A DNA stretch of 64,000 nt, from positions 18,231,497 to 18,295,496 of the forward strand of contig NC_057727.1 in assembly GCF_004010195.1 (NCBI RefSeq), given 5' to 3'. Under the pieces are notes generated by a model. That model was not told the DNA's origin. It worked only from the letters and a program-made list of their open reading frames with translations, and made no database searches. Source of the DNA: Chiloscyllium plagiosum (lineage: Eukaryota). The position numbers were made by a program, and so were the translations under genes. Positions 52,239 to 64,000 of this stretch are shown piece by piece (position 1 is the first letter of the stretch; each line of letters opens with the position of its first letter).

Positions 52239-54882
52239 ACTCCGACCTATCACCCTCACCTTAACCTCTTTCCACCTATCGCATTTCCAACGCCCCTCCC
52301 CCAAGTCCCTCCTCCCTACCTTTTATCTTAGCCCGCTTGGCACACTTTCCTCATTCCTGAAGAAGGGCTCATGCCCGAAAAGTCGATTCTCCTGCTCCTT
52401 GGATGCTGCCTGACCTGCTGCGCTTTCCCAGCAACACATTTTCAGCTCTGATCTCCAGCATCTGCAGTCCTCACTTTCTCCTATAGGAGGTGGGAGGTCA
52501 TGTTGTGGCTGTACAGGACATTAGTTAGGCCACTTTTGGAATATTGTGTGCAATTCTGGTCTCCCTGTTATGGGAATCATGTTGTGAAACTTGAAAGGCT
52601 TCAGAAAAGGTTTTCAGGATGTTGCCAGGATTGGAGGGTTTGAGCTATAGAGAGGGGCTGAATAGACTGGGGCTATTTTCCCTGGAGGACCAGAGGCTGA
52701 GGACTGACCTTATAGCTGTTTATAAAATCATGAGAGGCATGAATAGTGTGAAAAATCAATGTATTTTCTTCAGGATAGGGGAGTCCAAAACTAGAGAGTA
52801 CAGGTGAGAGGGGAAAGCTTTAAAAGGGACTTACAGAGCAAATTCTTCTTGCAGAGGGTGGTGCGTGTATGGATCGAGCTGCCAGAGGAAGAGGTAGAGG
52901 CTAGAACAATTACAACATTTAAAAGGCATCTGGATGGGAATATGAATAGGAAGAGTTTAGAGGGATATGTGTCAAATGCTGACAAATCGGACTTGATTTA
53001 TTTAGCATATCTGGTCGGCATGGAAGAGTTGGACCGAAGCGTTTGTTTCCATGCTATATATCTCTAAATCTCCATGACAAGAGTTTTTGTGCTATTTTTT
53101 CAATCTTTTTCCCCAGTTAGTCTAGTGAACCACAAAAATGAACATTAACTTCAAAATAGATACTGAAGGATTTTCAGCAGAAATGTCAACATGAAAAGCA
53201 TGTTGTTTGCCTTTAACCTTCTGGAGTTTATTTTGATAGTAAATATGTACAGTTATTAACAGAGGTTTAAATAAAGCTATTCACCTGTGAGACAGATGTA
53301 CTCTTTTTTTAAAAATGAGGCCAATGTTCGTCTATCTTTTGCTAATTTCTGTTCCGACCTTAATGTCAGCTGATTTCATAATAACAGAATCAGAGGATCA
53401 TGAGGTAATGTAGAACCAGAATTCAACACTTATTTATTTTAAATATTTTAAAAATTGTAACTAATGTAATGTTTTTTCTAATTGATGTGGTAGGTTGGAT
53501 ATGGAAGCCGTTCACCAAATTATCAACCATTAAAAACGTTACTAAAGGTCTGTGTCATTATTAAAAGATAACCTTCTACCTATGGATTTCTTTGCATTAC
53601 AGAAACCAATTCTGAAAGTTTTAAATTTTGAACCAATCATAAGACAATCATGGAAATCAGTTCTTAGAAATAATGCCAAATAAATTTTATCGTAACAAAG
53701 CTGTATCTCCATTCCCTGGTGTAAACACATTTCTTCTAACATCAGAACTTGATTGTAATAAACTGCTTTGTTGATTCTGTTAAGTTCACTATAATCGGGG
53801 TTGATATGTTCATGTCTAATTATTATTTGCAGTAATGCTTGCTAGATAATGCAACAACGTTTGGATTCTGTTGTTGTTTATTGCTCATGATTGCATGGGC
53901 TAATGTCGAAATCATTAATTAATTGAGTCATTAGATAAAACAGAAGGTGATTTCTCTCTTATTTTACCCTGAACTGTTATTGCTTTGTTTTGCATATAAT
54001 ATTTATCAAAAATACATTTCTTGTTAGCAGCCAATGTATTTATATATTCATGAAAAATGTTATTTTTTTTAATAATAGAAAAGAAGCACAAATGGACTGC
54101 GAAACAAAGTAGGTCTTATTTGTCAATTTTTTAAAAAATGATACTTCTCTTCTTTGCCGAAGCAGGTTATACTGTGAGTGCTTAGTTAGGTTTAGAAGTA
54201 GAATGTAAGGGTAATATCTAGCTTCCTTTCATTGTCACAATATGTCTTTTAAACTCCTCTCCTCTCTGTCCTCTATTCTAATCACCAGCAGCATGTGTGA
54301 AGACCGCCTGGACATCTCTGTCACTAAGAATTATTACTATTTAAACAATTGCCCCTCCTACATCTCTCCCTTCCGCTGTCTCACTCAGCCTCTATGGTAT
54401 GCTTCTGTCCCGACCCTGAACTCACATCTTTCTTTGGTTTCTCTGCTATTTCCTCTCATGCACTTTCTAGAATCTCCTGCTTCCTCAACATTTCTGTCAT
54501 TAAACTGCTGACTACTCAACTTCCCTTCTTGGTTAGATGATATTGTTACTGGTTCTCTCTCTTCAGGTATGGTTCCCCTTCTCTTCCAAATCGACAGTCA
54601 TCATTCTTCTTGGACAATCAATCCTTGAAACTATGACCTCATTCCTGGCTTCCCTTTTATCTTCAAATTTCTTAACACATTAGAAATCTGTGTCCTTAAT
54701 TCCCAGAATTCCATGTTGAATCCTCCAAACAGTTACTGTTCCTTGCAAAATATAGATATTTTTTAAATGTCTCAGTTTTTGAAATCATGAAGGGGCTGGA
54801 TGGAGTTGATAGGGAAAGTCTGTTCCGTCTGACTAAAGAATTGAGAATGAGAATAGGTTAAAGCTCATTGGTAAGGGAATAA

Positions 54883-55209
54883 TTAGATTAGATTAGATTA
54901 GATTAGATTACTTAAAGTGTGGAAACAGGCCCTTCGGCCCAACAAGTCCACACCGCCCCGCCGAAGCGCAACCCACCCATTTCCCTACCTTTACCCCTTA
55001 CCTAACACTATGGGCAATTTAGCATGGCCAATTCACCTGGCCTGCACTTCTTTGGACTGTGGGAGGAAACCGGAGCACCCGGAGGAAACCCACGCAGACA
55101 CGGGGAGAATGTGCAAACTCCACACAGTCAGTCGCCTGAGGCGGGAATTGAACCCGGGTCTTTGGCACTGTGAGGCAGCAGTGCTAACCACTGTGCCACT
55201 GTGCCGCCC
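54883..55209 (-). mobile_element. HE1-type SINE, full length, young
   Basis: Near-identical to 4256-4568; (TCTAA)n tail; AATTAG on both flanks. Confidence 0.93.
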
Positions 55210-55546
55210 AATTAGGTTCTGGAAAACACTGCCTGGAAGTGTCATGGAGGAAAGTTAATTGTGACCATCCTGGAAGGTATTAGATCATTATTTGAATAGA
55301 ACACACTTGTAGTGAAAAGGCAGGAAAACGCCACTGAGATATGTTGATTCTCATTCAGAGAGCTGATACAGACATGATGGGCTGAACAGCCACCTCTGTA
55401 TCATATCAATTCTGTGATTCTATGAATATCGAAATGGCTCTTCATCAAAGTTATGGGCTATGGCCTAGAAGACTATGACACAAGTAAACTATCTCTCCTT
55501 GTTCATCTAGACCAGTCTGCAGCCTTTGAAGTGACTGTCAATAACA

Positions 55547-57339
55547 TCCTGCTCCAATACTACTCCACCCTCATCCAGTTAAGTGGGACTGGAGTTGCCT
55601 GGTTTGCTGTTGTCCGTCAAATCTTAGCAAAAGAATGAGTTGTAATCTCTTCCCCTGTCCAGCTGTACATCACTGTCAGTCCTCTTAACTCATCCGCTGT
55701 ATGTTCTATGCCAGGTTGCTTGCCAGTCATTCAGTTGTGGATTTGCAGAAATTTCTTCCAGCTAAACAATGGGAAGAACAAAGCCGCCACCTTTGGTCCC
55801 CACAACATACTCTTTGCCTCAGCTATCTATTTCATCTCTCTCCCTAGCAACTGTCTGGGACTGAACTGGGTCTTCTGGAACCTTGTCAGATTTGACTCTG
55901 AGATGAGCTTTTCACCACAATGTACACCATCATTAAGTTAATCTTTTTCTCCTCTTTAATATTTCCTAACTCCACCCCATCTACTACTGGAGCTCTCATT
56001 AATGTCTTTGCTACTTTTAGATTTGATTATTCAAATACTTCTTTGTGTGCCCCCCTCCCATTTTCCACCCTCAATATTCTTAAGGTTGAGCTCTACTGCC
56101 TAGGTTCTTATTACATCAAGTCAGGCAGCATCCAAGGAGCTTCGAAATCGACGTTTCGGGCAAAAGCCCTTCATCAGGAATAAAGGCAGTGAGCCTGGAG
56201 CGTAGAGAGATAAGCTAGAGGAGGGTGGGGGTGGGGAGAAAGTAGCATAGAGTACAATGGGTGAGTGGGGGAGGGGATGAAGGTGATAGGTCAGGGAGGA
56301 GAGGGTGGAGTGGATAGGGGGAAAAGGAGATAGGCAGGTAGGACAAGTCCGGACAAGTCATGGGGATAGTGGTGAGCTGTCCCCATGACTTCCACATCCA
56401 TCAAAGTTTTACTTGCATATCCACTAATATCATTTATTGTATCTGTTGCTCCCGATGCGGTCTCCTCTACAATGGAGAAACTGGGCGCCTCCTAGCAGAG
56501 CACTTTAGGGAACATCTCCGGGACACCCGCACCAATCAACCACACCGCCCCGTGGCCCAACATTTCAACTCCCCCTCCCACTCTGCCGAGGGACATGGAG
56601 GTCCTGGGCCTCCTTCACCGCCGCTCCCTCACCACCAGACGCCTGGAGGAAGAACACCTCTCCTGCTCCAATACTACTCCACCCTCATCCAGTTAAGTGG
56701 GACTGGAGTTGCCTGGTTTGCTGTTGTCCGTCAAATCTTAGCAAAAGAATGAGTTGTAATCTCTTCCCCTGTCCAGCTGTACATCACTGTCAGTCCTCTT
56801 AACTCATCCGCTGTATGTTCTATGCCAGGTTGCTTGCCAGTCATTCAGTTGTGGATTTGCAGAAATTTCTTCCAGCTAAACAATGGGAAGAACAAAGCCG
56901 CCACCTTTGGTCCCCACAACATACTCTTTGCCTCAGCTATCTATTTCATCTCTCTCCCTAGCAACTGTCTGGGACTGAACTGGGTCTTCTGGAACCTTGT
57001 CAGATTTGACTCTGAGATGAGCTTTTCACCACAATGTACACCATCATTAAGTTAATCTTTTTCTCCTCTTTAATATTTCCTAACTCCACCCCATCTACTA
57101 CTGGAGCTCTCATTAATGTCTTTGCTACTTTTAGATTTGATTATTCAAATACTTCTTTGTGTGCCCCCCTCCCATTTTCCACCCTCAATATTCTTAAGGT
57201 TGAGCTCTACTGCCTAGGTTCTTATTACATCAAGTCAGGCAGCATCCAAGGAGCTTCGAAATCGACGTTTCGGGCAAAAGCCCTTCATCAGGAATAAAGG
57301 CAGTGAGCCTGGAGCGTAGAGAGATAAGCTAGAGGAGGG
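55547..57339 (+). repeat. Apparently identical direct duplication of about 680 bp (55547-56225 = 56661-57339)
   Basis: Constant 1114-bp offset; identical ORF translations at 55708/56822 and 55920/57034. Confidence 0.95.
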
Positions 57340-57516
57340 AGATCCTCCTCTAGCTTATCTCTCTACGCTCCAGGCTCACTGCCTTTATTCCTGATGAAGG
57401 GCTTTTGCCCGAAACGTCGATTTCGAAGCTCCTTGGATGCTGCCTGAACTGTTGTGCTCTTCCAGCACCACTAATCCAGAATCTGGTTTCCAGCACCTGC
57501 AGTCATTGTTTTTACC
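56123..57516. mobile_element. Young Penelope-like insertion (inverted pLTR, GIY-YIG fragment, fold-back pLTR)
   Basis: FTCISTNIIYCICCSRCGLLYNGETGRLLAEHFREH; hairpin with arms of about 105 bp centred at 57341; 17-bp TSD TCTTATTACATCAAGTC. Confidence 0.85.
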
Positions 57517-59611
57517 TCTTATTACATCAAGTCCCATGCATACACTAGTCCTAAAATCACTGGCCCACAGAGATTCCTGGTCAAGTAAGGCTTCAATTGT
57601 AGAATTTTCACCCTTGTTTACGAATGCTTCATGATTTCATCCTGCCTATCTCTGTAATTCCTACAGCCTCATGGTACCAAAAAAAATCTGAGCTTCTCCG
57701 ATTCTGTTTTTGCATGTATCTTGATTTTAAACATCCCACCATTCTTTGCTATGACTGAGCTGTCAGGACTATCAGCTCTGGATCGGTCTCTCTAATCCTC
57801 TCTACTTCTCTATCTCTCTTTCCACCTTTGAAAACTCTCCGTAAACCTACCACTTGGAACAAGCTTATGATCATCTGGCTAATATTGCCTTATATAACCA
57901 CTTTATAACAGTCGTTTGAAGCACCTTATTATGAATGAATATACGCAATAAATGATGAATAAATACAACTCGATTTTACTAAGCATCAACTAAGATGCTT
58001 ACTTCTTCCAAATAAATAACATAAATATCTGCAGGTAATTAATTTGATGTTTAGTTCATTTTGATAATGTCAATGCTATCTCTTGACAGTAACTATTTGA
58101 TATCGGTAACTGAAAGAAAAAAAACCTCAAGCTGGTGTATAAATTGTTAAGATATTAAGTGCTATTCTCACAATTCTTTGAACTCCAGTAGGACAACAGT
58201 TGCTATGATTTGTTCAGTTTCCCTGAAAAAAAAAGGTGTTACTAGTTGGTACAGGTCTACTTTTCTTGTTCTGGGATGTGTTCAATCAAAAACCTCCTGC
58301 AAAAATATCATAGTTTGAACACAGACCCTGAGGAAATTTGTCACCTCTTCAGTAGTGTTCATATGTTACTACAGGATGGGAAAAGAAAGGTAAGTGATGT
58401 GATGTTAGGTTTGTGCAATTGATTTCACCTTGAGTAGGGCCTGCCTCTTTACAATTATGACTTAGCAGGGATTTCCTGGATGGAGCTTGGTGGAAATTGT
58501 TCAGACCAATGACTAGAAAGAATCTCTTTTACTAGGCATCCATCACTTCTGCTGGTTATATTTGCGGAGAAAAGCATGTTTCTCTAACAAGCTACATGAT
58601 ATGAGAGCCAGCCTGGCAAAGCCCCAATATAAAAGCATCTTTTTGATCTTATTTACAATGGACCATTGTAATTCTTCACTAGTTAAAACCAAATACTCTA
58701 TTTTTCAGGACAGAGAAAAGATTCAAGTCTACAGCTTGAAGATCAATTCCAAAATTACATCTCGATTCGCTCACAATGTGATAACAAGCCGTGTGGTAAA
58801 CCGAGCAACTAAATCCAAAGAAGCCCTCTTTGAAGTTGAGCTGCCCAAAACAGCTTTCATTACCAACTTTACAATGTGTGTATCTGCTATAATTACCTAG
58901 CAAAACACCAAATTAGAGTTAAAATGCAATTAGTGCATCAGAGTTACTTTTGTGTACCTGACCATTTTTTAAACATACAATCACAGACTCTTTCTATCTT
59001 TTACAAATTTTAATGGCTTTTTCATTTATGCTGCCTTTGATTGTAGTCTTCACTGCATATAATGGATACATTTTTGTTAACACAATTTGCCCATTATATG
59101 TGGCAAATGGTTAAAATAACTGAACTGAGCTGCTTGAGCTCTAGACTTTCTGATTGCTACTTGTAGCTGTTAAGAATGCGTAGAGTACTGATTGGAGATG
59201 CTAAAATCTCTGACAAGTGCTCACACTATTTATAATTACAAGACACAGCCAGAAAGTGAAGATTTAAAGACCGAACTTTACTTAACAAAAAAAAATCAGT
59301 GGATCATTTCTATCAGCTCTGTCACACAAGTATGAAATACTGAATTTGTAAAGTTGCTTGCATATCTGTATGACCTAGCCTCTATTTTGACCTTTGACAA
59401 ATGCATCAGATAGCTCACATTGCAATCAGCAGTTTTTTGATTTAAAAGTAAGTCAATTTTACATAGTTTAACACGTAGCAGGCATACAGAGTTGAGAGAC
59501 AAGGGTAAAACACATTGGACACTCAGTGAAATTTGGTTTGATGATCAGCCTATCCTGATATCACTTTATATGGTTCAGTATCAAATTTTGCTTGACCACA
59601 TTCCTATGAAG

Positions 59612-60265
59612 AGGTAAGTTACTCATCGCAGTATTCCTAGCTCCTGACCTGCTCTTGTAGCAGCTGTGTTTTTGGAGTAAGTCCAGTTGAGTTTATGGTC
59701 AATGGTAAACCCTAGGATGTTGATAATAGGAGATTCAGTGATGGTAACACCACTGAATGTCAAGGGTCAGTGGCTAGATTGTCTTATATTGATGATGGTC
59801 ACAGACTGGTATTTACGTGGCATAAATGTCAGCCCAAGCCTGGATACTGTTCAGATCTTATTGCATTTGAACACGGAGCGCAACAGTATCTAAACGTGAT
59901 GAATATTATGCAATCATCAGCGAACATCCCCACTTCTGACCTTACGATGTAAGGAAGGTCATTAATGAAGCAGCTGAAGATGGTTGGGTCTAGGACACCT
60001 CCCTGAGGAACACTTGCAGAGATGTCCTGGAGCTGAGATGACTGACCTCCAACAACCACTACCATCTTCCTATGTACCATGTATGATTCCAACCAGTGGA
60101 GAGTTTGTCACCTGATACCCATTCATTCCAGTTTTGTTAGGACTCCTGAATGACACACTATCAAATATAGCCTTGATGTCAAAGGCTGTCACTATCACCT
60201 TACCCCTAAAATTCAGCTCCTTTGTCCATGTTCGAACCAAGGCTGTGATAAAGTAGAGGGGAATC
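59612..60265 (-). mobile_element. Non-LTR retrotransposon RT fragment (family distinct from HER1)
   Basis: TAFDIKAIFD, VPQGGVLDPTIFSCFINDLP, GMFADDC. Confidence 0.85.
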
Positions 60266-60435
60266 AACAGTTAAAAACATCCATTTTAAATCTCCATCTT
60301 GCAATAATAATTTGTCTTGTGTGTTTAAAATAGCTAGTGCTGTCACAGTGACCATGAGAATGAATGTAAGAATTTTGGTATAACCTTGCAGCTGTTCTCT
60401 CTCACAGAACTTAAAGTGAATAAAATGCGTAGCTT

Positions 60436-61199
60436 AGGAAAGCAAATCTTAGCAGGTCTTATAAACTTAATGGTAAGGTCCTAGGGAGTGTTGCTGAACA
60501 AAGAGACCTTGGAGTGCAGGTTCATAGCTCCTTGAAAATGGAGTTGCAGGTAGATAGGATAGTGAAGAGGGCATTTGGTATGCTTTCCTTTATTGGTCAG
60601 AGTGTTGAGTACAGGAGTTGGAAGGTCATGTTGCGGCTGTATAGGGCATTGGTTAGGCCACTGTTGGAATATTGCGTGCAATTCTGGTCTCCTTCCTATT
60701 GGAAAGATGTTGTGAAACTTGAAAGGGTTTCGAAAAGATTTACAAGGATGTTGCCAGGGTTGGAGGATTTGAGCTGAACAGGCTGGGGCTGTTTTCCCTG
60801 GAGCGTCGGAGGCTGAGGGGTGACCTTATAGAGGTTTACAAAATTATGAGGGGCATGGATAGGGTAAGTAGGCAAAGTCTTTTCCCTGGGGTCAGGGAGT
60901 CCAGAACTAGAGGGCATAGGTTTAGAGTGAGAGGGGAAAGATATAAAAGAGACCTAAGGGGCAATGTTTTCACACAGAGAATGGTACGTGTATGGAATGA
61001 GCTGCTAGAGGAAGTGGTGGAGGCTGGTACCTTTGCAACATTTAAGAGGCATTTGGATGAGTACATGAATACGAAGGGTTAGAGTGATATGGGCCAGGTG
61101 CTGGCAGGTGGGACTAGATTGGGTTGGGATATCTGGTCGGCATGGATGGGTTGGACCGAAGGGTCTGTTTCCATGCTGTACACCTCTATGACTCTCTAT
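60436..61199 (+). mobile_element. CR1 (HER1-like) LINE 3' end
   Basis: Nearly identical to the reverse complement of 27679-28450; CTCTATGACTCTAT tail. Confidence 0.93.
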
Positions 61200-61228
61200 C
61201 TGCTATGATGCAGGAGAAAGGCACCAAA

Positions 61229-62975
61229 TGTAGAAACAGTTTAAATCTATAGGTATGTATGGTCTATGAGAATAAGACTAAAATTTATTGCTAATTATGA
61301 GAATTTAATTAGAGAAAGAAACATTATATGATGTGGGAAAGGGAACATGCGAGATTGTAATGCAAATAAGGGCTATAAAATATGCAGCCATCTTGCTAAA
61401 AAGAAGGGATCTCTCAGTAGTCCGTCCAGAGTCATCTTGATTGATACTCAGGATGATGACAATTGATCTCTCAGCCGACTTGATAACAATAAAAGAGTGC
61501 TATTTTGCAAGCTACGAGTGGTTCGAGAATTTCTCAGTTTACATATGGTGCCGTGACATAGATCCCAACATAGGGAATGTTTCTCTTGACTGATTAAGTG
61601 ACCGAAAATTTGTGTCGGACTCACTATGGTGGGGCGCCTTATGTATTTTACCTTAAGACCACTCCTTGTGTCCAAACAGATGATCTGCCCCTCGCCTAGT
61701 GAGACTTGCACTTTGAAGGAATCAAAAGAACCACTTGATCGTCAAGTTTTAGATAAATTTAAGTCTCTTTTGTTTTTGTTTAATATCGTCTGTTGAAATT
61801 TGATACTTTTTGTTTAATATGTCCGGGTGAAATGTCTCTTTTGTTTGCTGCAGGGTGACCTTGGCTTTTCTGTATTCGGCGTAGAGAGCTGACTCCTTCA
61901 GATATGGCCAGTTGAACTTTTTAGATTACTATACTGTAAAAGGAAGGCAGTTTTGGTTAATTTCGCACTCCGTACTGTTAATATGGCTAGTGAAAATTAT
62001 GAGATATTAGACACTCCGTTGTGTTAATATGGTCAGTTGAAATTATGAGGTTATAGAAAAAGGAGGACAGGTTGGTTGAATTTTGTTTTGTAGAGCATGG
62101 AGGTATAAGTTACTATGGCACAGTCCCTCGATGTAGTTGGAAAGGGTTATCCCTTTTAGACTATGTGTGAGATAATACCTGATCAGGAAAATGATTTACA
62201 GTGTTTGGAGGCCTCTCCGATTAATAAGACATTTTGTTAAATCCTTTGTGTGAATTAGACTACTTGAAAATTCTTAATTTACATTTTAAAGAACGTCCTG
62301 TTTGAATCATTAAATGATTGTGATTATGTGCATGTGAGAAACACCTTTCATAGAACGTGGAACTGGTTCCAAAACTATGACTTTTTCAAAAATAAGGGTG
62401 AAATGGACAAAATAATCTAAGAAACTTCCACCTGATAGCACATTTAATTGTGATCACACTAAACAATTGGCAGAAATTTTGTAAAGAAGAATATTTTGTT
62501 TACATTAGTTCGTATGTCAGTAACTAGGGCTTAATAGGTGTTCTCGTGCTTAGGGATAAGGCATCTATAGCATGGCTGCCAGTGGTGTAGTGACCAAAAT
62601 CAGGGATGTACAATAGGCTAGAATAGGAAAAGCAGAGAGTGATTTCATACGCTAGCCTGCTGGAAATGGTTACAGAGACAAGGGAAGGCTGATTCCTTGG
62701 AGATATAGGCATTTTAAAATGGAAATGTTATTTCTCCTCAGTTAGCAGAGGAATGATGGTTCAATTAAATTTGCAACAAATTAAAATGGAAGCAGAAAAC
62801 GTTTAAGATGAATTACAGTTTTTATTGGGTGGAAGGAGCCCATTCAGAAGAATATTAGAATAGTCTGGTTTAGATGTAACAAAGGTACAGATATGGGTTT
62901 GAGCACAATCTGAACTGAAGCAGAATCTGAGCTAAGCAATGTTACAGAGATGGAAGTAGGCAAATTAATGTAGAT
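61229..62975 (+). mobile_element. 5' end of a decayed endogenous retrovirus (LTR to 61543, tRNA-His PBS, leader, gag-like remnant)
   Basis: TATAAAA at about 61375, AATAAA at 61488, LTR end TTTACA at 61543, TGGTGCCGTGAC at 61546; 5' LTR boundary uncertain. Confidence 0.6.
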
Positions 62976-64000
62976 ATCCGAGGAGCAGAAGAATCGACGT
63001 TTCAGGCAGGAGCCCTTCATCAGGAATGAGGCTGGGAGCCTTGGCGGTAGAGAGATAAATGGGAGGTGGTGGGGCTGGGAGTGCAATAGGTGGATGGAAG
63101 TGGGGGAGAAGGTGATAGGTCAGAGAAGAGGGTGGAGCGGATAGCTTGGAAGGAAGATGGACAGGTGGGATAGGTCAGGAGGGCGATGCTGAGTTGGAAG
63201 GTGGGAACTCAGATAAGGTAGGGAGAGGGGAAATGAGGAAACTGGTGAAGTCCACACTGATGCGTTGGGGTTGAAGGGTCCCGAGGCAGAAGATGAGGCG
63301 TTCTTCCTCCAGGTGTCGGGTGGTGAGCGAGTGACAGTGGAAGAGGCCCAGGACCTGCATGTCCTCAGCAGAGTGGGAGTGGGAGTTGAAATGGTCGGCC
63401 ACAGGGCAGTGGGGTTGATTGGTGTGGGTGATGCCGAGATGTTCTCTGAATAAAAACCAATAAATGACATGTGTGGATGTGCAATAAAAACTGTAATTCA
63501 TATTGGACCTGACCAGGTAGGCACGGAGAGAATGGTTTTTGCGGAAAGCGGATAGGGATGGGGAGGTAAATATATCCCTGGTGGTGCAGTCCATTTGTAG
63601 GTGGCGGAAATGTCGGTGGATGATGCGATTTATACAGAGGTTGGAGTCATCAATGTACACTGGGACCACTCCCCTCCTTTTCCTCCGCTACACCGGCACC
63701 ATTCCCCACTTTTTCCTCCTCTACATTGATGACTGCATTGGCGCTACCTCGTGCTCCCATGAGGAGGTTGAACAGTTCATCAACTTCACCAACATATTTC
63801 ACCCCGACCTTAAATTCACCTGGACCGTCTCTGACACCTCCCTCCCCTTCCTGGACCTCTCCATTTCCATCAACAATGACTGACTCAACACTGACATTTT
63901 TTACAAACCCACCAACACCCAAAGTTACCTGAATTACACCTCCTCCCACCCTACATTCTGCAAAAATGCTATCCTGTATTCCCAATTCCTCCACCTCTGC
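62976..64000. mobile_element. Penelope-like element (inverted pLTR/GIY-YIG, then RT on +), truncated by the window end
   Basis: VADHFNSHSHS...LEEERLIFCLGTLQP on -, LYIDDCIG...HPDLKFTWT...PFLDL on +. Confidence 0.88.

Larger units (their letters stand above)
48671..52481 (+). mobile_element. Penelope-like element (Neptune-like), relatively young: inverted pLTR 48671-49110, N-terminal/RT region 49111-50765, 3' pLTR 52239-52481
   Basis: SVLGRGLTFIP, IKPADKGGAVVVW, FYLLPKIHKPDCP, MDIQSLYTSIPH, QTKGVAMGT; CpG retained; 11-bp TSD TATAGGAGGTG; middle disrupted by foreign sequence and the gap. Confidence 0.88.
48410..53078 (+). mobile_element. CR1 LINE 3' portion (48410-48670 and 52482-53078) split by a PLE insertion
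   Basis: ATTGAGTATAGGAGGTG / GGAGGTCATG continuity across the insertion. Confidence 0.85.
55425..57930 (+). mobile_element. Old L2-type LINE remnant hosting the PLE/duplication structure
   Basis: LSLLVHLDQSAAFEV, QLSGTGVAWF, WICRNFFQLNNGK and FATFRFDYSN resemble L2 RT motifs. Confidence 0.65.

Noticed and set aside
51564-52413. Long ORFs in the track
   Set aside because: Artefacts of translating through the N gap.

Overview
Eukaryotic, repeat-rich vertebrate DNA. The HE1/V-SINE plus HER1-type CR1 repertoire points to a shark. Two spliced protein-coding genes lie head-to-head, with start codons about 9.5 kb apart. On the + strand is a complete SURF6 gene (4 coding exons, 15868-23444, 346 aa). 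On the - strand is an uncharacterised gene (4 visible coding exons, 6398-1351, 302 aa, continuing past the left edge) whose spliced product carries all four HAD-hydrolase motifs, with a non-canonical DxN motif I. The rest is mostly nested retroelements: many CR1 fragments, HE1 SINEs, a decayed full-length L1, Rex1/Babar and L2 remnants, and at least three Penelope-like (PLE) families with inverted pLTRs, hammerhead-like cores and 11-18 bp target-site duplications. There is also a solo LTR in SURF6 intron 1 and the 5' end of an endogenous retrovirus with a tRNA-His primer-binding site. An N gap spans 51771-52238. Most ORFs in the supplied track are transposon fragments or noise. Exon and TSD coordinates were read by eye; outer repeat boundaries are approximate.
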